From Patescibacteria group bacterium (GTDB taxonomy: Bacteria > Patescibacteriota > Minisyncoccia > Phycocordibacterales > DATDWN01): a stretch of 64,000 bases of DNA. The translations under genes and the position numbers were made by a program. The DNA is taken from NCBI GenBank assembly GCA_040384485.1, contig JAZKJH010000002.1, positions 22,235 through 86,234 of the forward strand. The letters are read 5' to 3'. Shown piece by piece: positions 30,115 through 39,335 of this stretch (the first letter of the stretch is position 1; each line of letters opens with the position of its first letter). Below the pieces are notes generated by a model. It made no database searches. It saw only the letters and a program-made list of their open reading frames with translations, and was not told where the DNA came from.

Positions 30115-31020
30115 CTAATCAAATATTTTTATTAGATACTGGTTGATTTCTCTCTGGTCTAAGTCGTAAAAGAATTTATTTTCATTACGTAATTTGGTTG
30201 CAAGTTCAACACCGACGAAACGCCAATGCCATGGTTCGTATTGATAAAAAGTGTTGTTTTTAGGGTAGGAGAGTATGAACCCGAAACGATGGGCGTTTTT
30301 TGTCAGCCATTCATATCCTTGAGTCTTATCGAAACTGTTTAAGAGTTCACCTGCAGTGGAGTTAGTAAAATCCACAGTACTTCCAAGTTGGTGTTCCGAG
30401 TATCCCTGGTCTGCAGAAAATTGGTTTGCACCGGATCCATAGACTATTTTGTAGTTAGCTTTCAGGTTCGCCTGAGTATTGAATGAACGATATCCAGATA
30501 AAACTAGAAGATTAACTCCCTCAGCTTCCGCAGTTTTAATCATGTTTTCCAAGTAAGGTTTTACGTTGGAGTGAATGGTTTCAGGTTTGTCCTTCCTTAA
30601 TAAAAAGGTCGTCTCTATGGGTGCCAAAGAAGAGGGGAGAAAATACTCGTTCAAAAAATATACCTTCGAATATTTCTGAAGGAGTTCCTCATCAGTTTTA
30701 CTAAGCTTGTCTAGAATACCAACAGTAGATGATAGAGACTGAATTTGCTGGAAAAAAGAATCGTTTCGTAAAGTCTCTCCAGTTAGTTTGGTGTAAAGCT
30801 CAGAGTTCTCTGTTTTTGCAACTAGTAGATGTTGAGTTTTTTCTTCCAGTGCTTTGGTTGTAGAGGCGAGTTCGTTTTGTGTGGCAAGTAAGTTAGTATT
30901 CAAGTCTTTGTATCTAAAACTGCCGAATACAATAAAACCAATGAGTGCTAAAAGTACCAAACTTAGTATGTATGTAGAAGCGGGTATTGAAGACAAATAA
31001 TATTTAAATTTGTGGGACAT
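30115..31020 (-). CDS. M15B (VanY-like) D,D-carboxypeptidase
   Basis: TM plus coiled coil; SGYRS, SEHQLG..VD, YEPWHWRF. Confidence 0.92.
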   Translation of the reverse strand: MSHKFKYYLSSIPASTYILSLVLLALIGFIVFGSFRYKDLNTNLLATQNELASTTKALEEKTQHLLVAKTENSELYTKLTGETLRNDSFFQQIQSLSSTVGILDKLSKTDEELLQKYSKVYFLNEYFLPSSLAPIETTFLLRKDKPETIHSNVKPYLENMIKTAEAEGVNLLVLSGYRSFNTQANLKANYKIVYGSGANQFSADQGYSEHQLGSTVDFTNSTAGELLNSFDKTQGYEWLTKNAHRFGFILSYPKNNTFYQYEPWHWRFVGVELATKLRNENKFFYDLDQREINQYLIKIFD

Positions 31021-31119
31021 AAATACAATTATAGCATGTCCAAAAACTATGTTTTATATAAAGCAAAACCCGCGCGATTGCACGGATCGTGCTATCGGCG
31101 GGTGTTTTGAGAGAGTTAT

Positions 31120-31323
31120 TTATTTCTTCTGACGTTTCTCCCATTTGTCCAGAGCCTTAACTGCCTGGGCAAAGGTCAGATCACCCTCACGGAATGCATT
31201 TAGGATGCCACCCGGGGTGGAGCTGTAACCCACCTTTAAATGGCGTGGTTTCTTTTTCAGAATTTTAGAGATTATGTTCGCTGTCTCGACTAAACCTCTC
31301 CACTCGTTGTCTGTCTTCGGCAT
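31120..31323 (-). CDS. Small basic hypothetical protein (cassette)
   Basis: GGGAGG SD; TTGACA-N17-CATTCT. Confidence 0.7.
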   Translation of the reverse strand: MPKTDNEWRGLVETANIISKILKKKPRHLKVGYSSTPGGILNAFREGDLTFAQAVKALDKWEKRQKK

Positions 31324-31493
31324 CGGACCTCCCGCTGTTAGAATGACATAATAAAATTATAATGTCAAACATGGTGGTTGATAGTGCAGTTTTTATTCAT
31401 AAGAATCATTTTGAAGGAACATTTCACAAGAAAACATGTAAAAAAAGAGCCCGTGCAGAGGGGGTGTAATACTACACGAACTCTTTCACGGAC

Positions 31494-31892
31494 TCAAACC
31501 TCGCAACCTTCCTTGCGAAGGGCTTCGAGGTATTCGGGTGTCGGACGCTTTGCTTCCGCCGCTTCCTCAATCTGGCTGTCTTTGGCTACAAAGGTGCGAA
31601 GGGCATCCAGGATTTGGGGGACAAGGATTTCCCACGAAAACATTGGACTTTTCAACATCTGGATTTGATATCGGTTGTAGGAAATCCTCTCTTCCATTCC
31701 ATCCAGGGCACTGATTGCCTGAGAGAAGTTGATGAGACCATCAGTGTTGATAGCTTCTTTCTCAAACTCCTCTTTGGCACGATCGGAGATGCTGAAGTGA
31801 GAAAAAACAAGGATGCTTCCACGAATGAGACGTTGATCGACGTGAATCTGCAAGCAGTTGGGATTCGGACAATATTCAATCTGGTATTTCAA
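31494..31892 (-). CDS. Hypothetical protein, Nfu/NifU N-terminal-domain-like (cassette)
   Basis: GGAGGTG SD, TTG start, TGA stop; CPNPN at N-terminus and KSPMFSWEILVPQI near C-terminus. Confidence 0.6.
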   Translation of the reverse strand: MKYQIEYCPNPNCLQIHVDQRLIRGSILVFSHFSISDRAKEEFEKEAINTDGLINFSQAISALDGMEERISYNRYQIQMLKSPMFSWEILVPQILDALRTFVAKDSQIEEAAEAKRPTPEYLEALRKEGCEV

Positions 31893-32021
31893 AACTCACC
31901 TCCAAAGTTGGTCTAATAAAAAGCTAGCACAATTTTAGCATGTGTCAATGTGTACTCTGAGGCTATGGGTATTTTTGAGATACAGAAACCGCTCGCATAG
32001 CGAGCGGTGGTCTTTGAATCT

Positions 32022-32438
32022 CTAGAGTTTGCGGCAATTGATTGCCCAAACAATGGCTTTCCATTCTTCTTTTGTAAGCTTCGACTTGCCTAGCTTTGCT
32101 GTTCTTAATGTCTGAGAGATTGATTTCTTACGCTCCTTCTCTCGGTCTCTCTCCGCGCGAGCTTTCAATCTTTCTGCATGTTTACCGAAGCAGTCGGGTT
32201 GTCCCATGAGAAGTCTGACATTTTGTTTGTAACGCTCACAGAGTCCTTTGTACTTCTCAGTTTCGAAACTTCGGCTTGAATCCTGCCTCGCTCGAGTTAT
32301 TAGTTTTTTCGCATGGCTCCCGTAGCAATCTGGTGATCGATCGTCCGAGTACACGACCTTTTCATTGTACTTACCACAAAGAAATTCGTATTCCCGGATA
32401 TCGTCAGAGATTGCACTCATAATACTGCCCATATACAC
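32022..32438 (-). CDS. Hypothetical protein with an internal duplicated Cys/His motif (cassette)
   Basis: LCGKY..PDCYGSHA and LCERY..PDCFGKHA; GAGGTG SD; TTGACT-N17-TATCTT. Confidence 0.7.
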   Translation of the reverse strand: MYMGSIMSAISDDIREYEFLCGKYNEKVVYSDDRSPDCYGSHAKKLITRARQDSSRSFETEKYKGLCERYKQNVRLLMGQPDCFGKHAERLKARAERDREKERKKSISQTLRTAKLGKSKLTKEEWKAIVWAINCRKL

Positions 32439-32501
32439 CTCTACTTTTAAAGATAGGGTTTAGTGATAAAAAAGTCAAATAATGGATTTTTAAATGTGTT
32501 C

Positions 32502-32554
32502 CACAGCTTTACTCCCGCAACGCAAAAAACGCCTTTCGGCGTTTCTCTTGCTCC
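32502..32554. repeat. 53-bp direct repeat of the tRNA-Asn 3' end and terminator region (partner 32942-32994)
   Basis: 50/53 identical by eye. Confidence 0.85.
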
Positions 32555-32607
32555 AAACTTGTAACTATGTTCGAAATGGTATATCAGAAGGATAGACGGG
32601 AATTAAA

Positions 32608-32745
32608 TTAAAACTTAACCACTAATAGAACACCTATAACAATAGCTGCGATTGCAGAAATTACCCCTGAGTGCTTAAAGGGATAAAAATGGCTTATACC
32701 AAAAACAAGAAAGAATACGACTTGAGCGATAGTGAGTAGTGACAT
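32608..32745 (-). CDS. 45-aa two-TM peptide (not in ORF track)
   Basis: MSLLTIAQVVFFLVFGISHFYPFKHSGVISAIAAIVIGVLLVVKF. Confidence 0.55.
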   Translation of the reverse strand: MSLLTIAQVVFFLVFGISHFYPFKHSGVISAIAAIVIGVLLVVKF

Positions 32746-32990
32746 ACAAGAAAAATGTTAAAAAACTTTATAATAGATGCTTTTATAATTATAGCATGAA
32801 CAAACTTTTCATATGTGCTTTCCTGGCTACTGCGGGGAGGGGTATCGAAACTTACAGTTTCAGTACACCTTTTCTATTTTTTACTTCACAAAGTTTGTAA
32901 AAAATTATCACAGGTTTTCGATCCCTAACGTAAAGCTGTAACACAGCTTTACTCACGCAACGCAAAAAACGCCTTTCAGCGTTTTTCTTG

Positions 32991-33062
32991 CTCCGCGGGT
33001 AGGGATCGAACCTACGACCAATCGCTTAACAGGCGATTGCTCTACCACTGAGCTACCGCGGA
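32991..33062 (-). tRNA. tRNA-Asn (GTT)
   Basis: TCCGCGG/CCGCGGA acceptor stem, ATCGC-CTGTTAA-GCGAT anticodon arm, GGTTCGATCC T-arm; CCA not encoded. Confidence 0.96.
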
Positions 33063-33201
33063 ATGGGGTGTTTGTTGGTTGCAAACACAAAATCATAATA
33101 TCAAAAATAGAGGATAATGCAATTAAATGCAGACATGCCAACAAAAACTGGTAGCTTATATTGACTTTTAATATAAATATAGTATAATATAAGAGGAGAC
33201 A

Positions 33202-33489
33202 ATGATGAATAGAAACTCTTTGTGGATGGCCATTTCAGGCGTCACAGGGTTTCTATTCTTCCTTGTGGCTAACTTATCCGAACTGTTTGTCGGACTTAAC
33301 TTACTTGCAGGGTCGTTGCAACTCTGCCTCAATATCTTCGTGTTTACGGTTTGGCTAAAAGCTTTCCGTGAATTAAAAGGCTTGAAAAAATTTGTGGCTT
33401 TTTGGGGAGTCTGTGTGCCAGTCGTAATGGCTAGTTACACTCTCTACAAGGTTTTTCTACCGACTTTGCAGCAATACATGCGAAGCTAA
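33202..33489 (+). CDS. Small three-TM membrane protein (cassette)
   Basis: TTGACT-N16-TATAAT, GAGGAG SD, own terminator. Confidence 0.7.
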   Translation: MMNRNSLWMAISGVTGFLFFLVANLSELFVGLNLLAGSLQLCLNIFVFTVWLKAFRELKGLKKFVAFWGVCVPVVMASYTLYKVFLPTLQQYMRS

Positions 33490-33585
33490 CACCCTCAAGG
33501 AGTCTATCCTTGAGGGTTTTTTCATGTTATTTTAATTATCCACTTTTATGTTTGTCCGAGTTTTTTGAGGTGATATAATGAACTT

Positions 33586-33957
33586 ATGAATATAAAAATA
33601 CGTTCAACAAATTTCGAATTAACACCAGCTATAGAAGAATACGTATACAAAAAACTTTCTTCTCTAGATAAGTTTTTCGTAAGTGAAGCGTTATGTGAGG
33701 TAGAGATAGGTAAGTCTACGAATGCACATAAAACAGGAGATATATTCAAAGCTGAAATAAATATAGTTGGAGGCGGGATAGACCAAGTGTATGTCACAAC
33801 TGAAGAAATAGATTTATATACTGCAATAGATATTGTTCGAGATGAGGCAGAAAGAAGTATCGTTAATAAAAAGAAAAAGAAGGACACCATGATAAGAAAG
33901 GGAGGAGCGATGGTAAAAAATTTACTTAAACGATTGGACTTTAGAAAACCACGCTAA
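33586..33957 (+). CDS. hpf: Ribosome hibernation promoting factor (HPF/RaiA family)
   Basis: ELTPAIEEYVYKKL and DLYTAID. Confidence 0.9.
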   Translation: MNIKIRSTNFELTPAIEEYVYKKLSSLDKFFVSEALCEVEIGKSTNAHKTGDIFKAEINIVGGGIDQVYVTTEEIDLYTAIDIVRDEAERSIVNKKKKKDTMIRKGGAMVKNLLKRLDFRKPR

Positions 33958-34121
33958 TGGAATTATCGAATCGATTAAAACAGAAGGCAAGTAATGGCTT
34001 GGTGCTGTTTGTTCTAGCTTGCACTATTATAATTGTCGGACTGCTGTATGTTATGCAAAAAGCAGAAGCGACTCGGGAACACTTGAATGAACAATCAGAC
34101 TTCGAAAGTTATTTGAATTAA
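33957..34121 (+). CDS. 54-aa single-TM peptide coupled to hpf (not in ORF track)
   Basis: TAATG stop/start overlap; MELSNRLKQKASNGLVLFVLACTIIIVGLLYVMQKAE... Confidence 0.5.
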   Translation: MELSNRLKQKASNGLVLFVLACTIIIVGLLYVMQKAEATREHLNEQSDFESYLN

Positions 34122-34990
34122 TGTATTCCGTTTAGATAATCCTGATGCGCTATTTCTTTGCCTCCCTCAGGGGTAACTTTTTCTATAGTAAAAACTCCGT
34201 TCTGAATACTAGCTTTTCTTATTACCACCCGCTTGTTTTTGTTGTTTAAGTCAAAAAAATGTGGGTTTAAATGTTGATATGCTCTTACTTTTTTAATATT
34301 AACAACTGGGTCGTCACTAAGGTTAACTAAGGCATCTTTTTTGTCTAATTTTTGGCAGAACGTAGCCAGACTATGGTTTTGCTCTAAGGGTTCTATTGTT
34401 CTATTTATTATTTTTTCAAAAACAGGAATTAAAATTTCTACACTTTTTTTAGCAAGTTTCTGCTCGAGGTCGTCGGCATATGGCGGATTATTTTCCTCTA
34501 TATCAACTGTCTTTTCTTGTGCCAGTATTGGTCCGTGATCCATCTCTTCATCAAGTTTAATAATAGTTACACCGGTTTCCTTTTCTGACAAAATTGCACT
34601 CTCAATAGGGGAGGCTCCTCGAAGTTTTGGAAGAAGGGAAGGATGCACGTTTATTGTTCCGTGTTCCGGTATATCTAAAATGTTTTTAGGTATTATTTTT
34701 CCATAAGAAGCTACTACAGTAAGATCAATATTATCCCCTGAAGTTTTTTTTATTTCTTGAAACGCCTCATCGGTTCTCAAGGTTTTCAGTTGAAGAAAAG
34801 GTATTTTGTTCGATTCAGCCCATATTTTTACCGGGGGTGGGGTTAAAACAAGTTTTCTTCCCTGAGGTTTGTCCTCTGTTGTGACAACAAGCATCGGCAT
34901 AATGCCATACTTTTTTAGCTCATCAAGAATAATTACAGAAAACTTGGATGTTCCAAAGAAAATCCATTTCAATTTATTTAGTTGTTCCAT
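34118..34990 (-). CDS. fmt: Methionyl-tRNA formyltransferase
   Basis: FFGT, DKPQGR, NVHPSLLPKLRGASPI, MDHGPI. Confidence 0.95.
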   Translation of the reverse strand: MEQLNKLKWIFFGTSKFSVIILDELKKYGIMPMLVVTTEDKPQGRKLVLTPPPVKIWAESNKIPFLQLKTLRTDEAFQEIKKTSGDNIDLTVVASYGKIIPKNILDIPEHGTINVHPSLLPKLRGASPIESAILSEKETGVTIIKLDEEMDHGPILAQEKTVDIEENNPPYADDLEQKLAKKSVEILIPVFEKIINRTIEPLEQNHSLATFCQKLDKKDALVNLSDDPVVNIKKVRAYQHLNPHFFDLNNKNKRVVIRKASIQNGVFTIEKVTPEGGKEIAHQDYLNGIH

Positions 34991-35507
34991 CTTTTTTGGG
35001 TAAGATTTCTTCTAAATCTTTTGCTTTATCTATAAAAAGGATACCGTCCAGGTGATCTATCTCATGCTGGAATATTTGTGCCAAAAGTCCAGTTCCTCCT
35101 CGGCTAAATTTTTTTCCGTTTTCGTCCAATGCCTCAACAGTTGCTTTTTCTGACCTTTTAACTTTTCCGTATAGATATCTAACTGAAAGACAACCTTCTT
35201 CTAGAACTTTCTTTTCTTTGGATATTTTTTTAATAATTGGGTTGATGTATACAGAGTCTTTATATAGTGATTCCGTTTCTGGAGTAACCTTTTTGTTCAT
35301 CATTGCCACCTTCCTAGAAACAACAAAAATTCGGAGTGAATATCCTATCTGGGGAGCAGCAATAGCCACACCATCGTCTTGGGAATCAAGAGATTCTCTC
35401 ATCTCCTTTAGGATTTTCTGTATTTTACTGTAAGGGATTTCCCGAGGGTCTACTTCTTTGGCGACCTCACGAAGTACCGCGGAGTCTTTTTGGACTATTT
35501 TCTTCAT
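34974..35507 (-). CDS. def: Peptide deformylase
   Basis: GVAIAAPQIG, EGCLSV, QHEIDHLDG. Confidence 0.96.
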   Translation of the reverse strand: MKKIVQKDSAVLREVAKEVDPREIPYSKIQKILKEMRESLDSQDDGVAIAAPQIGYSLRIFVVSRKVAMMNKKVTPETESLYKDSVYINPIIKKISKEKKVLEEGCLSVRYLYGKVKRSEKATVEALDENGKKFSRGGTGLLAQIFQHEIDHLDGILFIDKAKDLEEILPKKDGTTK

Positions 35508-35534
35508 AAGGTTAAAATACCACAAAAAAAACCA

Positions 35535-37436
35535 TTATAAAAGCGAAGAAGGGTTAACCTTTATTGCAAAGCTCAGAGGCAGTTCTCTCAATTTTCTTAG
35601 TAAATCTCTATTAACCCATTCAGCTTCTTCCATGGAAATAAGCCCATGTCCGGTGTATTTTGCATCTCCTCCCGGTCTCCATCCTGGGAAAATAGAAAGC
35701 TCGTGGGGTTTTAAAAACAATGCCACACTCTCCATGTTTTTTTTGACTGCTAGCTTCTCGCCCTCAGTTGTGATTTTTATGTACAGTGCAAAAGGAGGGT
35801 AGCCAATATTTTTTCTGTCGGCTATCTCATCCTTATAAAAGTCGAGCAGGTTTCCTCTCACAGCATATTCAAATATTTTTAACCCGAAAGAATCTGGCTC
35901 TTGCCTTGTTTGTATAAGAAAGTTTCTTTGAGTAAGTGCACGCATTTCTAGTAGGATGTGAAATATTTTTTCGTTAATTTGAAAATCAGGTATCGAAAAA
36001 TATGAATCAATCGATGCGACAGCAGAGTTTTCTAGCTCTTGGTTTAAATAAGATATAGCCATTTCAGTTCCTATGAGCACGCTTCCTGGGGTACTGTAAA
36101 AAGCATCTCTCATTTTTACTGCCTGCTTGTGGGTTTTTACATTGTCTTTATCCATCACAAACACTGCCATTCCAGGAAACAAAGTAAGTATTTCCTCTTT
36201 TATTTTTTCTGTGCCAATTCCGAGTGGGGTGAGTCTCCACCCGTTACAGTGCACACACAGCTCTTCAGCCACTCTTCTTTCTCCACAATGATTACAAACA
36301 AACATATGTTTACTTACACCTTCTTTTTTGCCATACAATACTATCGGAGCCTTGCAGTTTTTACATGCCACGGTAGTGCCACAGTCACTACACACAGTGA
36401 TAGGATACATACCTTTTCTACCGCAGAATACAAAAGTGCGTTCGTTGTTCTCTTTGGTTTTTTCCAATATTGCTTTTAGTTCAGGACTTAGTAGCGAGAA
36501 CTCCTTTTTTTTCATATCCTTGGAATGGTTGTTTTGGATGATTTCACATTTCGCGCTCGTTAGAGATCTGAATTTTAGGGGAGCTAGGGCTGTGTATTTT
36601 CCGCTTTTTTCCTTCCACAAAGTTTCAACTCGCAAAAGGATGTCTCCAAATATTATTTTTGTTTTTGTTTCCTTGGCGATTGTCTCGGCAACATGACGGA
36701 TATCTAGAAAAGGTCTAGCTTGCATTTTGTATCCTCGAGAACTTTCTTTGTCTAAAATAATAACTCCAATATCTTTTCTTGGTATAGATAAAAAGGACCC
36801 TGTTCCTATGATTAGCACAGGGTGGGGGTTTTGAACAACCTCGTTCCATTTAGTTTCCATATCTTTTTTGGAAAGACCCCCATGAAAAATATATGTATAC
36901 GGTTCGATACCTTTTTCTAGGGTGTTTTTACTATTTAAAATATCTTCTGTAGTAGGTAAGCAAAAGAACACACTTCGATTTTTTGCAAATTCTTCTCTTA
37001 TAATACTCCTGTATGTAGCGTATCTTTCTTCAGTTTCTGTTTGGAGCAACTGAGTTTCATAAAAGTTTTCTATTTCTCCTTCAGTGGCTTCTTGTAAATT
37101 CGGAGACTCAAGTATGGACTGAGGCAATAGGGAATATATAGTTGAACCCAAACTTGCTGCTGCATAGTCGGCCACCTTTTCACAACTTTTGATAAATGAA
37201 TTTAAAAATATTTTTTTTCCGTTCCCTTTGTTTATTTTCCTAATTCCATAAGGAAGGTTTTTAATTTCCGACTTAATATCCTTTACTTCTTTTGTTTCCA
37301 CAACCAAACCAAAGCTTTCTTTGTTTCTTATGGGTATAGATACCACAGATCCTATGGCTATATCTTGGTTTGTAAAATAAGTGAGTGTGTCTGTACCTAT
37401 CCCTTTTTTTATCGGTATTACAGTTACAGTTTGCAT
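35535..37436 (-). CDS. priA: Primosomal protein N' (PriA-like, degenerate ATPase motifs)
   Basis: Four CxxC pairs, GIGTEKI, QTR, YPPF; adjacent to def-fmt; no GxTGSGKT. Confidence 0.85.
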   Translation of the reverse strand: MQTVTVIPIKKGIGTDTLTYFTNQDIAIGSVVSIPIRNKESFGLVVETKEVKDIKSEIKNLPYGIRKINKGNGKKIFLNSFIKSCEKVADYAAASLGSTIYSLLPQSILESPNLQEATEGEIENFYETQLLQTETEERYATYRSIIREEFAKNRSVFFCLPTTEDILNSKNTLEKGIEPYTYIFHGGLSKKDMETKWNEVVQNPHPVLIIGTGSFLSIPRKDIGVIILDKESSRGYKMQARPFLDIRHVAETIAKETKTKIIFGDILLRVETLWKEKSGKYTALAPLKFRSLTSAKCEIIQNNHSKDMKKKEFSLLSPELKAILEKTKENNERTFVFCGRKGMYPITVCSDCGTTVACKNCKAPIVLYGKKEGVSKHMFVCNHCGERRVAEELCVHCNGWRLTPLGIGTEKIKEEILTLFPGMAVFVMDKDNVKTHKQAVKMRDAFYSTPGSVLIGTEMAISYLNQELENSAVASIDSYFSIPDFQINEKIFHILLEMRALTQRNFLIQTRQEPDSFGLKIFEYAVRGNLLDFYKDEIADRKNIGYPPFALYIKITTEGEKLAVKKNMESVALFLKPHELSIFPGWRPGGDAKYTGHGLISMEEAEWVNRDLLRKLRELPLSFAIKVNPSSLL

Positions 37437-37507
37437 CTGTAAATTATAGCCTAAAACGCTGTAAATTAGCCATTTTATTAGAAAATACAGGGCTCAAGAA
37501 GTAAATA

Positions 37508-37536
37508 TTGACAATATACATAATAAGGTGTATAAT
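37508..37536 (+). promoter_or_regulatory. Consensus sigma70 promoter
   Basis: TTGACA-N17-TATAAT. Confidence 0.85.
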
Positions 37537-37679
37537 AGTAAAAGTAGTTCTTTCAAAACAAGATCGTAACCTGTATAAATCAGGCCTTTTAGGATAGCAC
37601 TTTGAACGCCATTTTGGTTTTTAAAGTGCTACCCTTAAGGAGCTGTGTGACGAGCAAGAACTCGTTATGGAGTTATCAA

Positions 37680-38501
37680 ATGATGCGAAAGTTTTTCCTT
37701 GCAATGGTTTTGGTCTGCCTCGGCATGTCCAGTGTCGCTTGCAGTGCGGTTTCCCCGGACGCTGGCTACGAAGCCGTGTTGGTGAAGAAGCCGTGGTTGT
37801 TTGGGTCTGGTGGTATTGATCCCACGCCGATCAAGGCCGGCAAGACAACGTACGTTGCATTAAGCACCGAGGTTGTGTATGTGAACATGCAGCCTCAGGA
37901 GACTGAGATCGAATTCAAGGACGCCATGACCTCGACGGGTGTTCCTGTTGAATTCCACTCAGCAATGCAGTGGAAGTTTAATGACAGCGTCAAGGCGGTC
38001 TCGGACTTCGGAGTCGACGCTGGCTTTTTCTCTCGGAATATCGAGCAGAAATATCGTATGTCGGTTCGGGATGCAGTCAAAAAGCAGTCCCTGATCGCGA
38101 TTGCCATCGATGCGTCGGCGGCAGAAACCGTTGACTTGGAAGTGAAAACTGCAACGCTGGCAGTCATTAAAGAAGTGGGTGCCCCGATGGAGTTGTTAGG
38201 CGTAACTCTCGGTAAAGCCAACCCTCCTGACGCAGTGAAGACACAGCGTATCCACACTGCCGAACAGCAGCAGCGTCAGGAAACGGAACGGCAGGGCAAG
38301 TTGGCCGAAGATGCGCGAAAATTCCATGAGGAAAGTCGTGCCGAGGCTGACATGGCATATCTCCGAAAGATGAATCTGTCGCCTGAGCAGTTTATTCAGC
38401 TCAAGCAGATCGAAACATTGAAGCAGGTGTGTGCCTGGGAACGTGGCAACTGCACGTTCGTCACAGGCAACACCGGCGGTGCCATGTTCACCATTAAGTA
38501 A
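37680..38501 (+). CDS. SPFH/Band-7 domain lipoprotein (GC-rich cassette)
   Basis: Lipobox-like SVAC; PDAGYEAVLVKKP; C-terminal coiled coil; GGAG SD; terminator at 38520-38554. Confidence 0.8.
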   Translation: MMRKFFLAMVLVCLGMSSVACSAVSPDAGYEAVLVKKPWLFGSGGIDPTPIKAGKTTYVALSTEVVYVNMQPQETEIEFKDAMTSTGVPVEFHSAMQWKFNDSVKAVSDFGVDAGFFSRNIEQKYRMSVRDAVKKQSLIAIAIDASAAETVDLEVKTATLAVIKEVGAPMELLGVTLGKANPPDAVKTQRIHTAEQQQRQETERQGKLAEDARKFHEESRAEADMAYLRKMNLSPEQFIQLKQIETLKQVCAWERGNCTFVTGNTGGAMFTIK

Positions 38502-38552
38502 CAGAATTTTGCAAGACACAGGGCCTAGACGTATATGCGTCTAGGCCCTTTT

Positions 38553-39293
38553 TTATATAGCTACCTGCATTAACATCTGGTTATCATCTATATATATAGT
38601 TTTCTCTGTTTCCACCACAAAAAAAGGATCCTTACCTTTGTAGATAGGCATGAAGTTTTGAGTCCCGACTTTGCTGACTTCTATAGCATAGATAGCTCCA
38701 CCGGCTGAAAACATAACCACATCAGTTCTATTTTTATAAAAATCCAGGTTTTTAATCTTCACTTCAGATTTCAGTACTTCCAAAGTCTCTCCATTTTTTA
38801 CAGCAAAAATTGTATTATCTTTTACAAATATTTTTACATCTTCAGTTTTATGTACTTTGGGAGTATTCTCATCAGGTAACTTATTTTCTAGGATGCTTTT
38901 TTTGATAGCTCGATAATCTTTATCTGTTTCTCCAATAATATAACCAGATGGATTTTGTGGAACGAACATTGGGTTCAATGTTACGAGTCCCTTGCTTGGC
39001 ATGACAATATCTTTGGTCCAAGGATAAAATTCTTTTAGAGCAACTATAATTTTATGAGTTTTAGGAGAAACTTTTTTTTCAATACTCTCATTCTCTACAA
39101 TAGTTGTTATTTTTTGGTCGTCATTTATATAAACATCAGTTCCTATGTATGGAGTGTTGATGACCAATGTTCCTGTTTTTCCTATGCCAACTTCAGATGT
39201 TATTCTCCACCCACTTACATACATAATTATTAAAAACAATACGAAGGCTAGAGCTATTGACCACAAGATTTTCTGTTTTTTATCTTTGTTCAT
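38553..39293 (-). CDS. Membrane-anchored PEGA-like domain protein
   Basis: TM, SGWR, KTGTLVI, YPWTK. Confidence 0.7.
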   Translation of the reverse strand: MNKDKKQKILWSIALAFVLFLIIMYVSGWRITSEVGIGKTGTLVINTPYIGTDVYINDDQKITTIVENESIEKKVSPKTHKIIVALKEFYPWTKDIVMPSKGLVTLNPMFVPQNPSGYIIGETDKDYRAIKKSILENKLPDENTPKVHKTEDVKIFVKDNTIFAVKNGETLEVLKSEVKIKNLDFYKNRTDVVMFSAGGAIYAIEVSKVGTQNFMPIYKGKDPFFVVETEKTIYIDDNQMLMQVAI

Positions 39294-39335
39294 TCCTGTT
39301 AGAAATTGGTTATTATTTATGGTATTCTACCCTAT

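Noticed and set aside
32953-33144. 63-aa minus-strand ORF
   Set aside because: It is a read-through of the tRNA-Asn gene and its promoter.
29369-33489. Intact prophage at tRNA-Asn
   Set aside because: No integrase, terminase, capsid or tail genes; a host-type vanY-like gene lies in the middle.
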